Positions 48,972 to 64,000 of a stretch of 64,000 nt of DNA are shown here, in pieces. Under the pieces are notes generated by a model. That model had not been told where the DNA came from. It did not search any database and was given only the letters and a program-made list of their open reading frames with translations. Made by a program: the position numbers and the translations under genes. Origin of the DNA: Bugula neritina (taxonomy: Eukaryota > Animalia > Bryozoa); NCBI GenBank assembly GCA_964035545.1, contig OZ037769.1, positions 11,624,633 to 11,688,632 of the forward strand. Direction: 5' to 3'. How positions within the stretch are numbered: position 1 is the stretch's first letter; each line of letters begins with the position of its first letter.

Positions 48972-49314
48972 GCCTAGAGCCACACTGTGCGTATTTTCGC
49001 ATGCGAAAATTAAAATCACGAGTTGCAAAGGTGTCCACTGTAGCGTCAGTGATGCGTGATAAATAAAGCTTTCATTTTTAAATCGCGCTCGCTTTCAATA
49101 AAACGCAATTTACTGGAATATAGCACTAAATAAAGAAATTGGGCTCGCTGAATAGCTACCAGCCAATTAGGTGACGACGACAGAGGCGATTCGCACTTGC
49201 GTTGAAAATGCAGAGCGACAAGTGCGAAGGTTTTCTCAACGCGCACAGTGGACACCTTTGCTACTTGTGATTTTAATTTTCGCATGCGAAAATACGCACC
49301 GTGTGGCCCTAGGC
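48972..49314. mobile_element. PIF/Harbinger-type MITE
   Basis: About 70-bp TIRs GCCTAG(A/G)GCCACAC... with TAA TSD on both sides. Confidence 0.85.
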
Positions 49315-49929
49315 TAAGTGACTCACTATTACTATGCGATTGTATTGTTACTATATGATTGCACTGTTGCTAGGTAACTTATATACTGTAGCTAGGCACT
49401 TCTTTTGAGTATCACTTAAAACTGATAACAGCATTACAGTAAAAAGAAATAGTGCATCATGCTTTAAATAATGTTTTGTGTTTTTTATCCAACTGAATAT
49501 GGGATAATAATGATTTGAAGATATATAGACCATCAGGTAAAGATGAAGCTATTACATATAAATATATACCACACGGTTTTAAAGAAATATAAAATAATTT
49601 TATATAGCCTATGCATTTACTATTTTTACTATGGCTTCCAAAGCAGCCACAGAGCAATATATAGACAGTGACATGATTCGATTTATTCTCATGTATTATA
49701 TGATTTAAAGCTACACTGCTCTATAGCACAAGGGTGCCCGTATGATTCAGGAATATTGAGGAATCTCATAGAAATTTTTTGTTTACAGCTAAAACCAGAC
49801 TATTTTATAAGTACAGCTAGTGGAGTGAGTGAGACATAAGTTACTAGCTATTTGGCTATATATTGTTGTGACTATAACTATGGCAGCTGTAACTTTATCT
49901 GTACTGACAATAGGCATAACTACATGCAG

Positions 49930-50153
49930 GTAGCAGCCATGGTCTAGGGCCTAGGCCCTAGGGTTAGAGTGTTTGCCTAGTAAACACGAGGTCATAGGCT
50001 TAAGCCCAGAAAAAGGCCATTGGTAATGTTAGGAAGAGCATCCAGTCATAATTGCTCCTGTGCCTCATCTTAAGAAGTCCTTAGCCCGATTTAACAAAAA
50101 CCCTTTCCATCAGGGGTTTCTCACAGGGATAGTGACTATAAACTTGCTTGAGT
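49930..50153 (+). mobile_element. tRNA-derived SINE, copy 1
   Basis: Homologous to 51121-51330; degenerate A and B boxes. Confidence 0.7.
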
Positions 50154-50678
50154 TCTTTTATAGGCATAAATAGATACATGTAACATGTTTATTAGACATG
50201 CACACCAATACAGCATATTCTTCATATATATATAGTTTTGTTAGATTAAGTTTCAAATAAATTCATATAATTCAATTACGCACTTTGTATACAAGCATAA
50301 TGTTTAAATGGGATAAAATAAAAATCATATTATTTCATAATTTTATTGAATAAAATTTTAGCAGTTTTACCTCCTTAGACAAATTGTCAAAACAAAACAA
50401 ATTACAATCGAAAAATAAGCTTTAAAATTTGTATGTAAAATTTACCTAGACATGCCCCTGAATATAAAGACGGCACCCATGAATAAATAAAGAAGGCAAC
50501 TGCTACATAAGAAATGTCCATCTCATAAACATAACTTTATATGGAAATAGTATAGCGAAATTATTATACTAAACATAGCATAAAATTATTATGCAAAATC
50601 TACCTAGTTCCTGGTTATCAATGATAACTAATTTTAAGAAAACACATTAATCAGCTCACAAAACAAACAAAAAAATAA

Positions 50679-52248
50679 CTATTTGCTTGGGTCTAGTGAG
50701 ATTTTAATCGCTTCATCGTAGCATGGTGGCTGAATTATAGGAATGGTTAGCTGAGAGAGGTCCTGTGATTGGTCTAAATGAACAACTCCGGTCTCTGATT
50801 GGTTGGTGTGAGTGGTTGCCATGCACACGGCTTCATAATCAGGAGGTGCATCCTGATTGGTTAATACACTACCAGTTCTGCTGTCTGTGCTTCTACCTCT
50901 ATTGGGTGGACTTCTGTCGTACCGCTTGTATAGCCGATATTTCCGCCAGCAACATAAACCCATCAGTATAGATATGAGGGCAATTGGGGTTATCACTATG
51001 AATCTACAGTGTATAATGATATACTGAAGTATACAGTATATTATTGTATCAGTTAAAATATAAATCCTGATAATTTAGACTGGGGACTTTTATAGAGAAT
51101 GTTTTCTATCTATCTATTAGGGAGCTGCCGTGGTCTAGGGGTTAGAGCGTTTGCATAGTGAACACGAAGTCATGGGCTCAAACCCCGAGAAAGGCCATTG
51201 GTGATGTATGGAAGATCATCCAGTCATAATTGCTCCTGTACCTCATCTGAACAAGTTCTTAGCCTGTTATAACAAGAGCTCTTTCCAACAGGGGTTTCTC
51301 CCAGAGATAGTGACTATAAACTTGCGTGAGTTTCTATCTATCTATTAGTATCCTAACTGTAGTACTGTATAGTACTAAGAGTGAGTGCATGGGATAAGTT
51401 CAAAGATTTGACAAAGCGGAGGAATTTCAAACAGAAGAGTAATTCCCACTTTGGAGAATATTTTGAACATTTGGAGGTATGGAGAGAATACAAAGTATAA
51501 GTGTCTATTTTTATTTGTTAAGATCTTGCAATGTAAGTGTATTGCAAGCGTGTTTTACTTTTTCACAATTATCCGTATGGATTGTTTAAGAACTTTGTTA
51601 AAGAGATTTGTGTATGACTGTGCCAGTACTTTTACAATAAATAAACTCCTACGGATAGTATAATTTGTATCTATTGGCTGGTTTTCGGGAAATTAATTAA
51701 AAGTGTGTTTGTTGGGAGTTCAAACTTCCGAACACTATTTTCATAAAGAGGAGACTGATGTGTTAAAGTGTATATGGCATTATAGGATTAAAGCATTTAA
51801 TTATTAACATACCCATAATATGACTATTCAAGTTTAAGTTAGATCTATAAATATATTTCTATTATTATTTATTATGTACATGAAATTATAACATAGCATC
51901 AATTTTATGGCAGATATTACATTTTATATTAAAGCTTCTAATATGGAATGCAAAGTCACCAATGAAGTTAAAACTTCTGTATTTCAAAGAGAAGACAATT
52001 TCTTATCAAGCATATGGAATGTATTTCATATAAGATTATTTAGTAGCCTTGTGATTGATCAACTTACAACCTGAAGTTATAGGCTGAGTCGTAGAGATCT
52101 TTGGAAGTAGTTTGTGGAGAGATCACTGTATGGTTGGTAAAAATATGGTCAGCTTCCATTCTGTATCCTGCCTGAAAAGTGAAACTTGGCTTGGATGAAC
52201 TCACCACGCACTGGGAAGTAAACAATGTGCCAGGTATTAACAGGCCTG
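50679..52248 (-). CDS. Single-pass membrane protein with two cytoplasmic PPxY motifs (last two coding exons; 5' exon not found)
   Basis: Exons 52248-52071 and 51003-50679 join in phase 2: ...YNFR-FIVITPIALISILMGLCCWRKYR...PPDY...PPCY...*. Confidence 0.65.
51121..51330 (+). mobile_element. tRNA-derived SINE, copy 2
   Basis: A box TGGTCTAGGGG, B box GGCTCAAACC, flanked by an 18-bp direct repeat TTTCTATCTATCTATTAG. Confidence 0.85.
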
Positions 52249-52336
52249 CTATATGTATACACAGACACATGCACCTGTTATATATATGTAGGTTTTATAT
52301 ACGTAAATGCATCTGCAGACATATGTAAGCAATGAC

Positions 52337-52340
<4 letters not shown>

Positions 52341-52429
<89 letters not shown>

Positions 52430-52440
52430 TATATACATAC

Positions 52441-52525
<85 letters not shown>
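52341..52525. repeat. (TA)n microsatellite
   Basis: Direct inspection. Confidence 0.97.
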
Positions 52526-52527
<2 letters not shown>

Positions 52528-53414
52528 GGTTTTATATACATAGACACACCTGCATAGACACACGTACATATGTAAGCAATGACATTAATGCATCATTCAC
52601 CTTTTCCATTTTGAGATCAAAATTTGACTCAATAACACAATGTCATGACTCAACAATATGTGACTCATATAACATGCGACTTAGCGCATTAGTGTGCTGC
52701 AAGTGATGCAACAATTGTTTTATCAAAATCATGGTCCTTGTGACAAATTCACTCAAGCACACGCTTATATGAGTGGATAACTCCAAATTTTTTGACATTA
52801 ACATAACTAATGATACAATTATATTATTGGATAAGACATATATTCCAGCTGTCCCTTATGAAGGCAATGACTAAAATATCCAGCCATGCAGTAAAACTAT
52901 TATATCATTGGCTTGACATTTATTATAAAAAGTTATAAAAAAGACATATAAAAACTTGCTGTTGAATGCTGCATAAAAGTATGAAGGTTGCCTAACAGCT
53001 GTTGTAACACCACGTACTCAGTATATTGTAGCCAGGTAACTGCATAGCTAAGTTATTTTCTTTAAAAAAATTAGGTTCAACTGGAAAAGCATCCTGCATC
53101 ACTTATAAGGATATCATAACAGGTCGATGCTGTCGACTTTTAGAAATTTGCAATTATATAACCCTCTATAACACAGACCCAACATTTTAGACTGAGAACT
53201 CCTTTAATATTATAGACTGTGAAAACAGTATATTTTGAAAAATTGGCTGAGAAATATGCCTCTTCTAAGAACGAAGTTTAGATTATTTGCAACTAAATTG
53301 TGATATATTATGGTACCATGGAGAAAGTTTCACCAACAAATGTTATTAAGTGGACTTCCAGTACTAACCAATGAACCTGAGCAGTGACATTTCACTGGAG
53401 GTCACGACCTGTAA

Positions 53415-53712
53415 CCCCCTATTCACACTTACTGTATCGTACGTAATAGCAAATATTAGCCATTTTTAATGTGTCGGGGCTGAAGTTTTCAAAGTCCGCT
53501 ATTAGGTACGATCTATGACACTTCATTGGAGAATTATATCCAATGGATTAACGCAAAAGTTTTTCTGTCCAATAGGAGTCCGCCGCAACTTATTTGTCTC
53601 AAGCAGTGCTTGATCCTACCGTACTGCAACACCGTACAGGAAGCTCAGATATTTGTAAAAATGGCTGATATTTGCTGTTACGGCACACGATACGGTAAGT
53701 GTGAATAGGGGG
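53415..53712. mobile_element. PIF/Harbinger-type MITE
   Basis: About 55-bp TIRs CCCCCTATTCACACTTAC... with TAA TSD. Confidence 0.82.
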
Positions 53713-55313
53713 TAAGTGTATATGCAAGCACTCTACTCAGTCGCCCCAACTCGGTGCTGTCTATAGAGATTTCCAAGTTTCAACAACATATGAAGCCAAC
53801 ATTCAGTGCTAACAATTCCCCCAACTCTGGAAGTCACTCTTGGTGCATGTCAGCACCACACTATGAGTCATTTTGTCAGCTTTTGTCCCGTTTAACTGCT
53901 GCTATTCAATTTGAGTCATTTGGTCTGGCAGCAGTTTGACCAGCTTATTATGAAACCATAAAGTAGAAGGATATTTGCTGTGGCTGTGAAGGTTGCACTC
54001 AGACATCAAATTCTCCAAACACTTCTTTATAATATAAGCGTTCTGTTATTTGAAATGCCCTCCATTTTCTATAATATACACCCTCTTTTCTCTATACTAT
54101 GTTATGCCTTATGTTCTTCAGTCACTTTTTTACATCATATAATATGCAATCTTTCTCCTAAGGGAGAAGATATCACATTTAGTTGTTACATAATGGGTAC
54201 ACTTACCTTGTCGTGATCTTCGTTATATGACGTCTTAAAGTGAATCCTTCCCAAGTTTTAGTGAAAAATGATACAGTCGAAAGTTGACATACCTCCTTAA
54301 ATTTTTATATTATTCAACTAAACCCTTGATGAATATTTACACTGCCATATAACAGCACCAGTTCATGGTAGTGTGTTACTAACAAGCATGTAGTATATAT
54401 AATATAATTATAAGAACAAGGTGTGGGGCTGTACACTAACCAACAATACATTGAACTTGCATTGAACAGTAATGAATAGTATGCTGTACTATGCATTGTA
54501 GAACTTATAGTATAATGTTATTATAATACAGTTCTATATATTGATCAGAATATACCTGCAGCCATTACTATTGCATGCAGCAGTTAGTGTTTGCATATAG
54601 CTTTGTATACATTAATATGATTATTATTTGACATTTGCTAATCTTTAGCCTATTATACAATGCATAACTATACAATAACTCCTATACATTTCTAATGATG
54701 GCCAATGTCTAGGAATAACAATGCTGTCTGCACAATGATTGTGTGTTTGTGTACAGATTTATCTATGAAAACTATTATAACAATCTAGATTTTTTTTAAC
54801 TAAATAAAACAATGCACAAGTTTATGCTTAGGCAACATATCCTAATTGTATTCAGGGAAGCATTGTATTTGTTATAGTTGTGAGTATCCAACACAGTTCT
54901 CTAGCAGATGGAATTTACTAGAATGATTGTCTGCACCTGTTTATATGTTACTTTATGTGCAATTAGCTGAGTGTTAGGCACGCAGCAGTAACGTATTCTA
55001 TTAATTTTCCAAAATCCAGCAGGTGAAAGCTAGTCGCTCTCTACAGTCTACTCTGTAGTAACTTTCACAAGAATAGTGTTATAAGCAGCTCCAGTTTGGG
55101 AGTGAATGAGTGCAGTAGTTCATAGTTTTCGAGTTTGGAGTTGGTGACTTAACGGACCCCATAACTCCTAACGTGAGAGCTTTAAATTACTGCACTTATT
55201 CACCCCCAACCCGGTGCTGCTTATAAAACTATTCTTGTTGAAATGGAATACAACTCATTGGTTAGGTGTTAAAGAATAGCTAATTTCTCTAACCAAGTGG
55301 AGTAATCAATTAA

Positions 55314-56076
55314 TCACGGGCTTTCCATGTACCGATCTGAGCAATGTGCTCAGATCGATCATTTTTCCATGAGAGTGTCAGATCGATCTCTCGGAGTTGC
55401 CTCCTCTTAGATGAAGACTACTTAAATAGTATATTTTTTCACCCACCTAAGTGATAAAAGCTACTGCTGTTGAAAAACAAAATTTTCATAGTCTAAAATT
55501 TCACGTCAGCTATAAACTCTACGCAGTAAAGCTTTTACTATGAAGTAATTTGGCTAATTTAAGATAATTGATTTTAATATCTTAGCTTGACAGCTTATAT
55601 AAAATTAATAGCTATTGTGCAGCTTATTCATAAACTTACGGGACTATTAGGCTTAAGATTACGCAGCAATGAACTAATGACAGTGCGTTATACTAGTCGT
55701 TTAAATTCAATTTAAATGCTCTCACTTTTTGTATCTTCTACCGTCTATAATTTTATATAATTAAGTTTTCTTAATCATTTTACTAAAAGTCAAAGTTTTG
55801 TCACTTGAAAAAATGGCTATCTTAATTATTAAGTATTTTGCTTAGTAATTAACAATAAGTTATCATTTTCATTAGCAGACGACATTTTAGCGAGCAGTCA
55901 TTTTTCTACTTCTCGGATCGATCTTTCGTCTTTCCATGGTCTTATTGCCTTGAGATCGATCTGAGTTCGAGCTCTACAGACCGACCAGCTCAGAACGACT
56001 GAGATCATCTTTGACGTCTTTCCATGGATCGATCTTACTGAGATCGATCTGAGATCGGTACATGGAAAGCCGGTGA
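55314..56076. mobile_element. MITE
   Basis: TIRs TCAC(G/C)GGCTTTCCATGTACCGATCT flanked by TTAA; internal GATCGATC repeats. Confidence 0.8.
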
Positions 56077-56180
56077 TTAATTAGTGATGAACGAGAGACC
56101 ACAGCTTCACTTTTCTTTAAAGGGTTAAAGGGCAATGTGTTACGCTTACTACGAGCGATACCTACCCTTATGGCTATACC

Positions 56181-58383
<2,203 letters not shown>

Positions 58384-58629
58384 GCTATACCTACCCTCTA
58401 TGGCTATAACAGCAGTTACAGTTGATACGATTCTTTCTCCAATTTTCTCCAGGAAAATCCCTTGATGGATCGGCATTTTTTCAACTGGGAAACTATTGCT
58501 TCCGACACGCCGTTCCATGTTATTGTTGCAGTACCGCAGTATTCACTGCCCGTAATGTAATTTCACTTTGTCCAACCTTCTCATTGGATTGATTTAGTAA
58601 TCACTTAGAAGTTCAAGTTGGATGTAGTG

Positions 58630-61600
58630 ATGGTGCATCACAAGATCAGGATGTATACAAAATTAAAATCTAAGTTTAAAACTTTGTATTGGACATTCTT
58701 TCACAACGAGCTGGCAAATACTAATTATATAGCCGATACTGTGAGTTATCAACGTAATAGTACTAATACTAATAATTACTATTAGTATTACTATTACTAT
58801 TAGTATAAGTATTAGTATTAGTATTACTATATTACTATTACTATTAGTATTAGTGTTACTGTTAATACTTAATATTACTTATTATAGTATTACTATTACT
58901 ATTAGTATTACTGTATTAGTATAGTATTACTATTACTATTAGTATTACTATTAGTATTAGTATTACTATTAGCAATACTTATACTTATAGTTAAACAAAT
59001 TACTATTGTATTTGATTTTGTCTAAGAGTAAGTCTTACTCTTAGAGTTGTGATTTAGCCTTTAGGCTTAAAGTTTAAGCATTATGATTATGAATATGATT
59101 ACCGTTCGGGTTATCACAGTCATACTCATACTCATACTCATAGGCATACATATCATTATCATTATGCTTATAATTATTGATAAGGCTTATGATTATGATC
59201 ACTCTATCATTAAGATGATAGTTTAGGTTATCATTTTGATTTTTAGTATCATATTAATTTCTCATTCAACTTAATCTTGGATGTTAAATTTAATCATAAT
59301 AAATAATCATTATCATTATGATAAATTTATGATTGTGATGATTGTTATTGTAAAATTATATTAATTGCTCCTACTGGGAATCAAACTTCAAACAAACACA
59401 ATTATCATAATCAATATCATTATCACATAAGCCTAAGGATAATCACAATGATGACGATATACTTATATGATTTAGCCTTATGCCTAGCTCTGTTGGTATG
59501 GCAATTAAATACTATGATTATGACTCAGAGTCTCAGTCCGAGTATTAGTATCAATTTGGGCTAGCACATTCACTTTGACTTCGAAACTTTTAAGATTTGA
59601 CACTACATCTTACAGCCACAGTGATCGTACAGTTACTAAGTCTGAAACTTTGAGCTATGCCAACTTTCACTTGTCCCATATTCATTTTGCTTTATTTGAT
59701 TTTCAAAATGTAGCTCAAACTCACCATAATTAAGACACCCGAAGGCCCAAGTCATACTTGAATAGTTATCAACATTGGAAAATTACAGGATTAAAACTGC
59801 CTGCCTCCACCACACTTGTTTGCTGATAATCTCAAGATTTCTCTGTTATGCATCTCCACAGTCTACATACACATAACAATTTTCAAAATTTTATATATGC
59901 TCAGTCTTAGGCTATGCCTACAGAATTTTTGCAGTGTTTGTTTATGTTACTATATATGTATGGTTGAAAGTAAGTACTATTAAGTATCAAGTAAGTACTA
60001 TAATTTTGTAGATTTATTTAAAAAGTATTGAAGGCTCGAGAAGTGAATTTTGTGTGTGTAGCTATATGTTTAATGAGAGTGTGTTCTTCCTCTTTAGATA
60101 AGACTAATGAAACTGAAGCTAGTTGTTAGTAGGCACACTTGAAGTATACTGCAGTTTATCATTTGATTATTATTCCATGACGTCATATTTGATCATACAT
60201 ATTTAGAAGTTTGAAGGCTGTAAAGTCAGCAGCTGTTCTAGCATGTTCTCCTTGTCATCATAGAACTATTACCAAGACCAGAAACTATATATATAGAGTA
60301 AAAAATCAAATGGCATTCAGTAACAGTGCAAGTATATTCACAAGTCATACTTAATTTGTGACATACAAACAAACTTGTTTTAAAATCAATGAAAAAAAAA
60401 GCAGTCATGTATATTGTTACCTATATAATAACAAAAACCTGCAGGTTATAAAAATAAATTTGTAAATCTAAGTTTTTTGACTGACTATTTTATTTAGATC
60501 ATCAGGTTATTAAATTTTGTTGTTAAAAGAGCGTACATTCCTGAGTACTATTGGGTAATGATAAACAAAGTTATTCAATGTTATTCAGTTTTTCAAGGTG
60601 GCCAGTGGTTGAAAAGTGTCAATATGCTAGTTATTCAAATGGTGCATTTTAATAATTCGTGTTCTGCATCAGAAAATCCTCTAGGTTAGATGTTTTGTAT
60701 GGGGAAAAGTCATATTTAATAAATTTGGAGGTCTATTTTGTGTTTGTATTTATTATAACTTTTCTTACTATGGAACAATGCTCTGTAATAAACTTAGCCT
60801 GATATCCAGTCTGTATCATAGCTTGGCTCTTGTTTAAAACAAGCAACATGACGCAGTAGTGTTAACATATTTTTTCTGAATTTTTCACTTACTACAATAT
60901 TACGCTTGCCTTTTGCTATGTTTCTACAACTTATATGATATTTTTATTTTTAGATTTTAGATCCCGTATACAGAATTTTTGAACAAATTGCCAAAAGAGC
61001 AGGACCTATATTTGTTGCACTGGTAGTTCTACTAACTTCATCAGTTGTAGTTTTATATTATCTCTACATTCTACCATGGATAAGAGCTCATTGGTCACCA
61101 ACTCTTGCAACGGTTAACTATATTTTCGGACATTGGCTTCTGCTGAATATTGTGTTCAACTATATAATGGCCGTGAAAACACCACCTGGAAGACCTCCGC
61201 CTAACTTTGATAGCCCTGTTTCAATATGCAAGAGTTGTGTGTCTCCCAAACCGCCCCGTACTCATCACTGTAGTGTGTGTAAACGTTGCGTACTTAAAAT
61301 GGACCATCACTGCCCGTGGTTGAACAACTGTGTCGGCCATTTCAATCACCGCTACTTCTATTTGTTCTGCGTCTACATGACCCTTGGCACCATATTCGTC
61401 TCACTCTCTATATACCAACAGCTCTGTACATTCTTCACTGGCTCTCCCATCAATTTTCTAGTTTCTATAGCCACTCCTGCCTTCTCTATAATCCGAGCCT
61501 GGATATCAAGTAACCAGCTCGAGACCACACCATCGCCATCTGACCCTCATCTGACCGCTGCACCCAGCCTAAGAGTGGTGCACTCAGAGGAATATTTGCA

Positions 61601-61934
61601 AACTCAATTTTGGGTTAGTTACGAGTTTTTTTTATGTGTCGGAGTAACGATAGCTTTAGGTTCCTTAGTTGTGTTCCACACAAGACTGATTAGCAGAGGG
61701 GAGACGAGTATAGAGAAGCACATTAACAATAAGGAAAGACGGCGAGTGAATGAACTCGGTAAGACCTACAGAAATCCTTATCACTTTGGATTCACTCGTA
61801 ACTGGAGAATGTTTTTTGGCATAGAAGAAGGTACTGGTAGATCCTGGCGTCACGTGCTCCTTCCATCAACTCATAAACCGACAGGAGATGGCACAGCTTG
61901 GAAAACATTTTCAGCCACCTCCAAGTTCGACTGA
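58630..61934 (+). CDS. ZDHHC16: DHHC palmitoyltransferase, ZDHHC16-like (exons 58630-58740 and 60954-61934, about 363 aa)
   Basis: CKSC...[42 protein letters not shown] and NPY.FG...NW motifs. The N-terminal ADT-ILDPVY...[11 protein letters not shown] and C-terminal [12 protein letters not shown] segments resemble ZDHHC16. Confidence 0.88.
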
Positions 61935-63122
61935 AGTTGTCTCTCCATTAAAATATTGGGTTTACAGATAAATACTTTAGGATATGCTACTTACTGTTTG
62001 CAGTCCGAACATACTAGGTGACCAAATGATTATTGCGTGAAAGCATGAGTTGGAGCAAATGCTTTGAGCATAGGTACTAAGTGAAAAGTAACATGGCCAG
62101 AAAGAATTAAAACAATCAAATAAAATGATAATTATTAGTATACGAGCTGCAGGCTACGCCTAACGTAGGTTTTTCTGTCTCATTGATTTGAGTGATATTA
62201 GAGAAGCGTTTATTTACCTCTCCAAAGATGCAACATTACGTTGTGTGATTTCTCTGCATGTACAGTAAAGCAAAGGCACCAGCTCAAGTCACTTGCTTCC
62301 ATTATTCAATTCTAGTTAGTTTTGATAAGTGTTTGGCCTTTAGTATATTTCTACAGGCTAAACTGATGAGACAACTTGAACAGTGTGTCTTCTATTAATA
62401 GATTTTATGTATAGCTGTTTTTGAAATAAACTATTTGTAATGACTTTTGTTACATGATTTCTACTTGTATTTAGATGATTTTAGAGATGTGAGCTGGTCA
62501 TGCATATCTGTCTATTTTAATACTGCCCTGCGATTTTATTTCTTCTATCAAATCTTTTCCACGATCTCTAGTCTGCACATTCTATGTGAAACTAAATCAT
62601 GAATCAATAATAAGTTTATTAAATTATATGTATTTTTACTTTGTGCTGGAGTAACTTTCAACATAGTTGTACTTTAAAGCTATAGTGAGAAGTTATAATT
62701 TAATGGAATTGGCATAATTCTATGATTTCAAATAAATATTCTTGAGAAATGGAAATAAAATAACTGAAAGACTTGAATAAAACTTCTCACTCTACCGCAA
62801 TCCAGTTGATAAAAGCAGAAAAAATAAAATCAAATGCTCCTATTAGACTTGCAACATAGAAACCACAATGGAATGCACAATCAAAACATAATTATAAAAT
62901 TATATATAATACTTTCAGTGATTATGTAATAAAAAACAAGCTGATTATGTCAAAGTCAACAATGAATGAAATGTTTTTAGAGGAAATATAAAAGCTGATG
63001 GTAAATGTTTACCAATAAGCTAGAATAGTAATGATTAAAATGGCACTTCTGTAATTTCAGCACGGCTCTACCGGTCATCACTACTTCAAACAAACAACCA
63101 ACATATCTTCATGTCCGATGTG

Positions 63123-63292
63123 CTAAGAAGTCGGAAAGGTGAGAGTAAGACCTTCATTTGGGTCTACAAGGCGGGTGCTAGGTACCCTGCCCTGAGATGA
63201 CTCGTCACTAGTAGTAGAATCTCTGCTAATTGATCTGCCGTTGACAACCAGACTGGAGTTACCTGAAAGGTATGCAGCAGCAAGTGAAAATC
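63123..63292 (-). CDS. Possible terminal coding exon of a convergent gene
   Basis: GC-richer open frame SLAAAYLSGNSS...TLTFPTS* followed by an AT-rich UTR-like tract with AATAAA on the - strand; no recognisable domain. Confidence 0.3.
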
Positions 63293-64000
63293 TCAAGTAT
63301 ATGTGAGACATCAAGCTGAATCCTTAACCATTACAGGAAGTTGACTAATAAACATAAGAAATGTAAGAACAAAGACCATGCAACAAGATAATACAACTAT
63401 AGTTTTAGCATCCTGTACCTCATGTGGTTATATGTTATTACAGTTATATTAGAGACAGCAATAGACAAACTAGTAGAAGTTAGAATATAGTCTGCTACTG
63501 ATAATTATCTACACAATTTCTAAAACATATAACCACACATCAGAATTTACCATAGACTCAATAGAAGCTGCAGTCTGCCTATAATTTTACAGAATACTCA
63601 ATTCCATCTCATGTATATACATCACAGTAGTGGAAAGAGCTTCAGTAATTAATTTTTATGCCTTTGACAAAGGCTCACATACAAGAAAAGACAATTCTCA
63701 AAATAGAAAAAAAGTGGCTTTAAAGTTGAAATTGAGATATTTCGTAGCCGCTTAGACAAGTTTCTGAAGTTTTCAAATTTAGCTGTGATGGTAAATAATA
63801 GGTGAGCCTATTCTAGCTTTAAAAACAACATTGTTGGATGAAATTTAACACTAGTTTCTACCTCACAAATTGTTTATTTTACAAATTTCTATTTTATGAA
63901 TGTGAATAACAAAATCAAATATGCTACAAAGTGTGTCAATCTCACACTCGGCATGAGACAAGCTGATCTCCCATAGACTACGTACCCAACATTTCCTTGA

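Noticed and set aside
59911-59969. Possible extra ZDHHC16 exon
   Set aside because: 59 nt with a phase incompatible with the phase-0 junction 58740/60954, which already gives a ZDHHC16-like N-terminus

Overview
AT-rich, intron-containing eukaryotic (invertebrate animal-like) DNA; the species cannot be determined from this window. The centrepiece is a spliced + strand gene (CDS about 25610-47802, about 1640 aa by my manual exon assembly). It fuses roughly 20 leucine-rich repeats, a ROC GTPase, a COR domain and a C-terminal caspase domain in one chain. The LRRs sit in a tandem array of symmetric phase-2 exons (eight of 144 nt) with near-identical introns and hypervariable ligand-face residues. 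The caspase keeps the His/Cys dyad but has a non-canonical S1 pocket (ETCSG, SKI) and a triplicated 177-nt intersubunit-linker exon. The 3' end of a tandem paralog occupies 1-2139. Between the two copies is a transposon-dense spacer: three decayed Ty3/Gypsy elements (one inside a hAT element, one inside a Kolobok-like element in an intron of the gene, one carrying an extra C2H2 zinc-finger ORF), a pogo-like element and many MITEs. Downstream lie a small PPxY-motif transmembrane gene (- strand), SINEs, a hAT foldback element and a ZDHHC16-like palmitoyltransferase. All exon models are manual GT/AG and phase inferences; no database searches were run.
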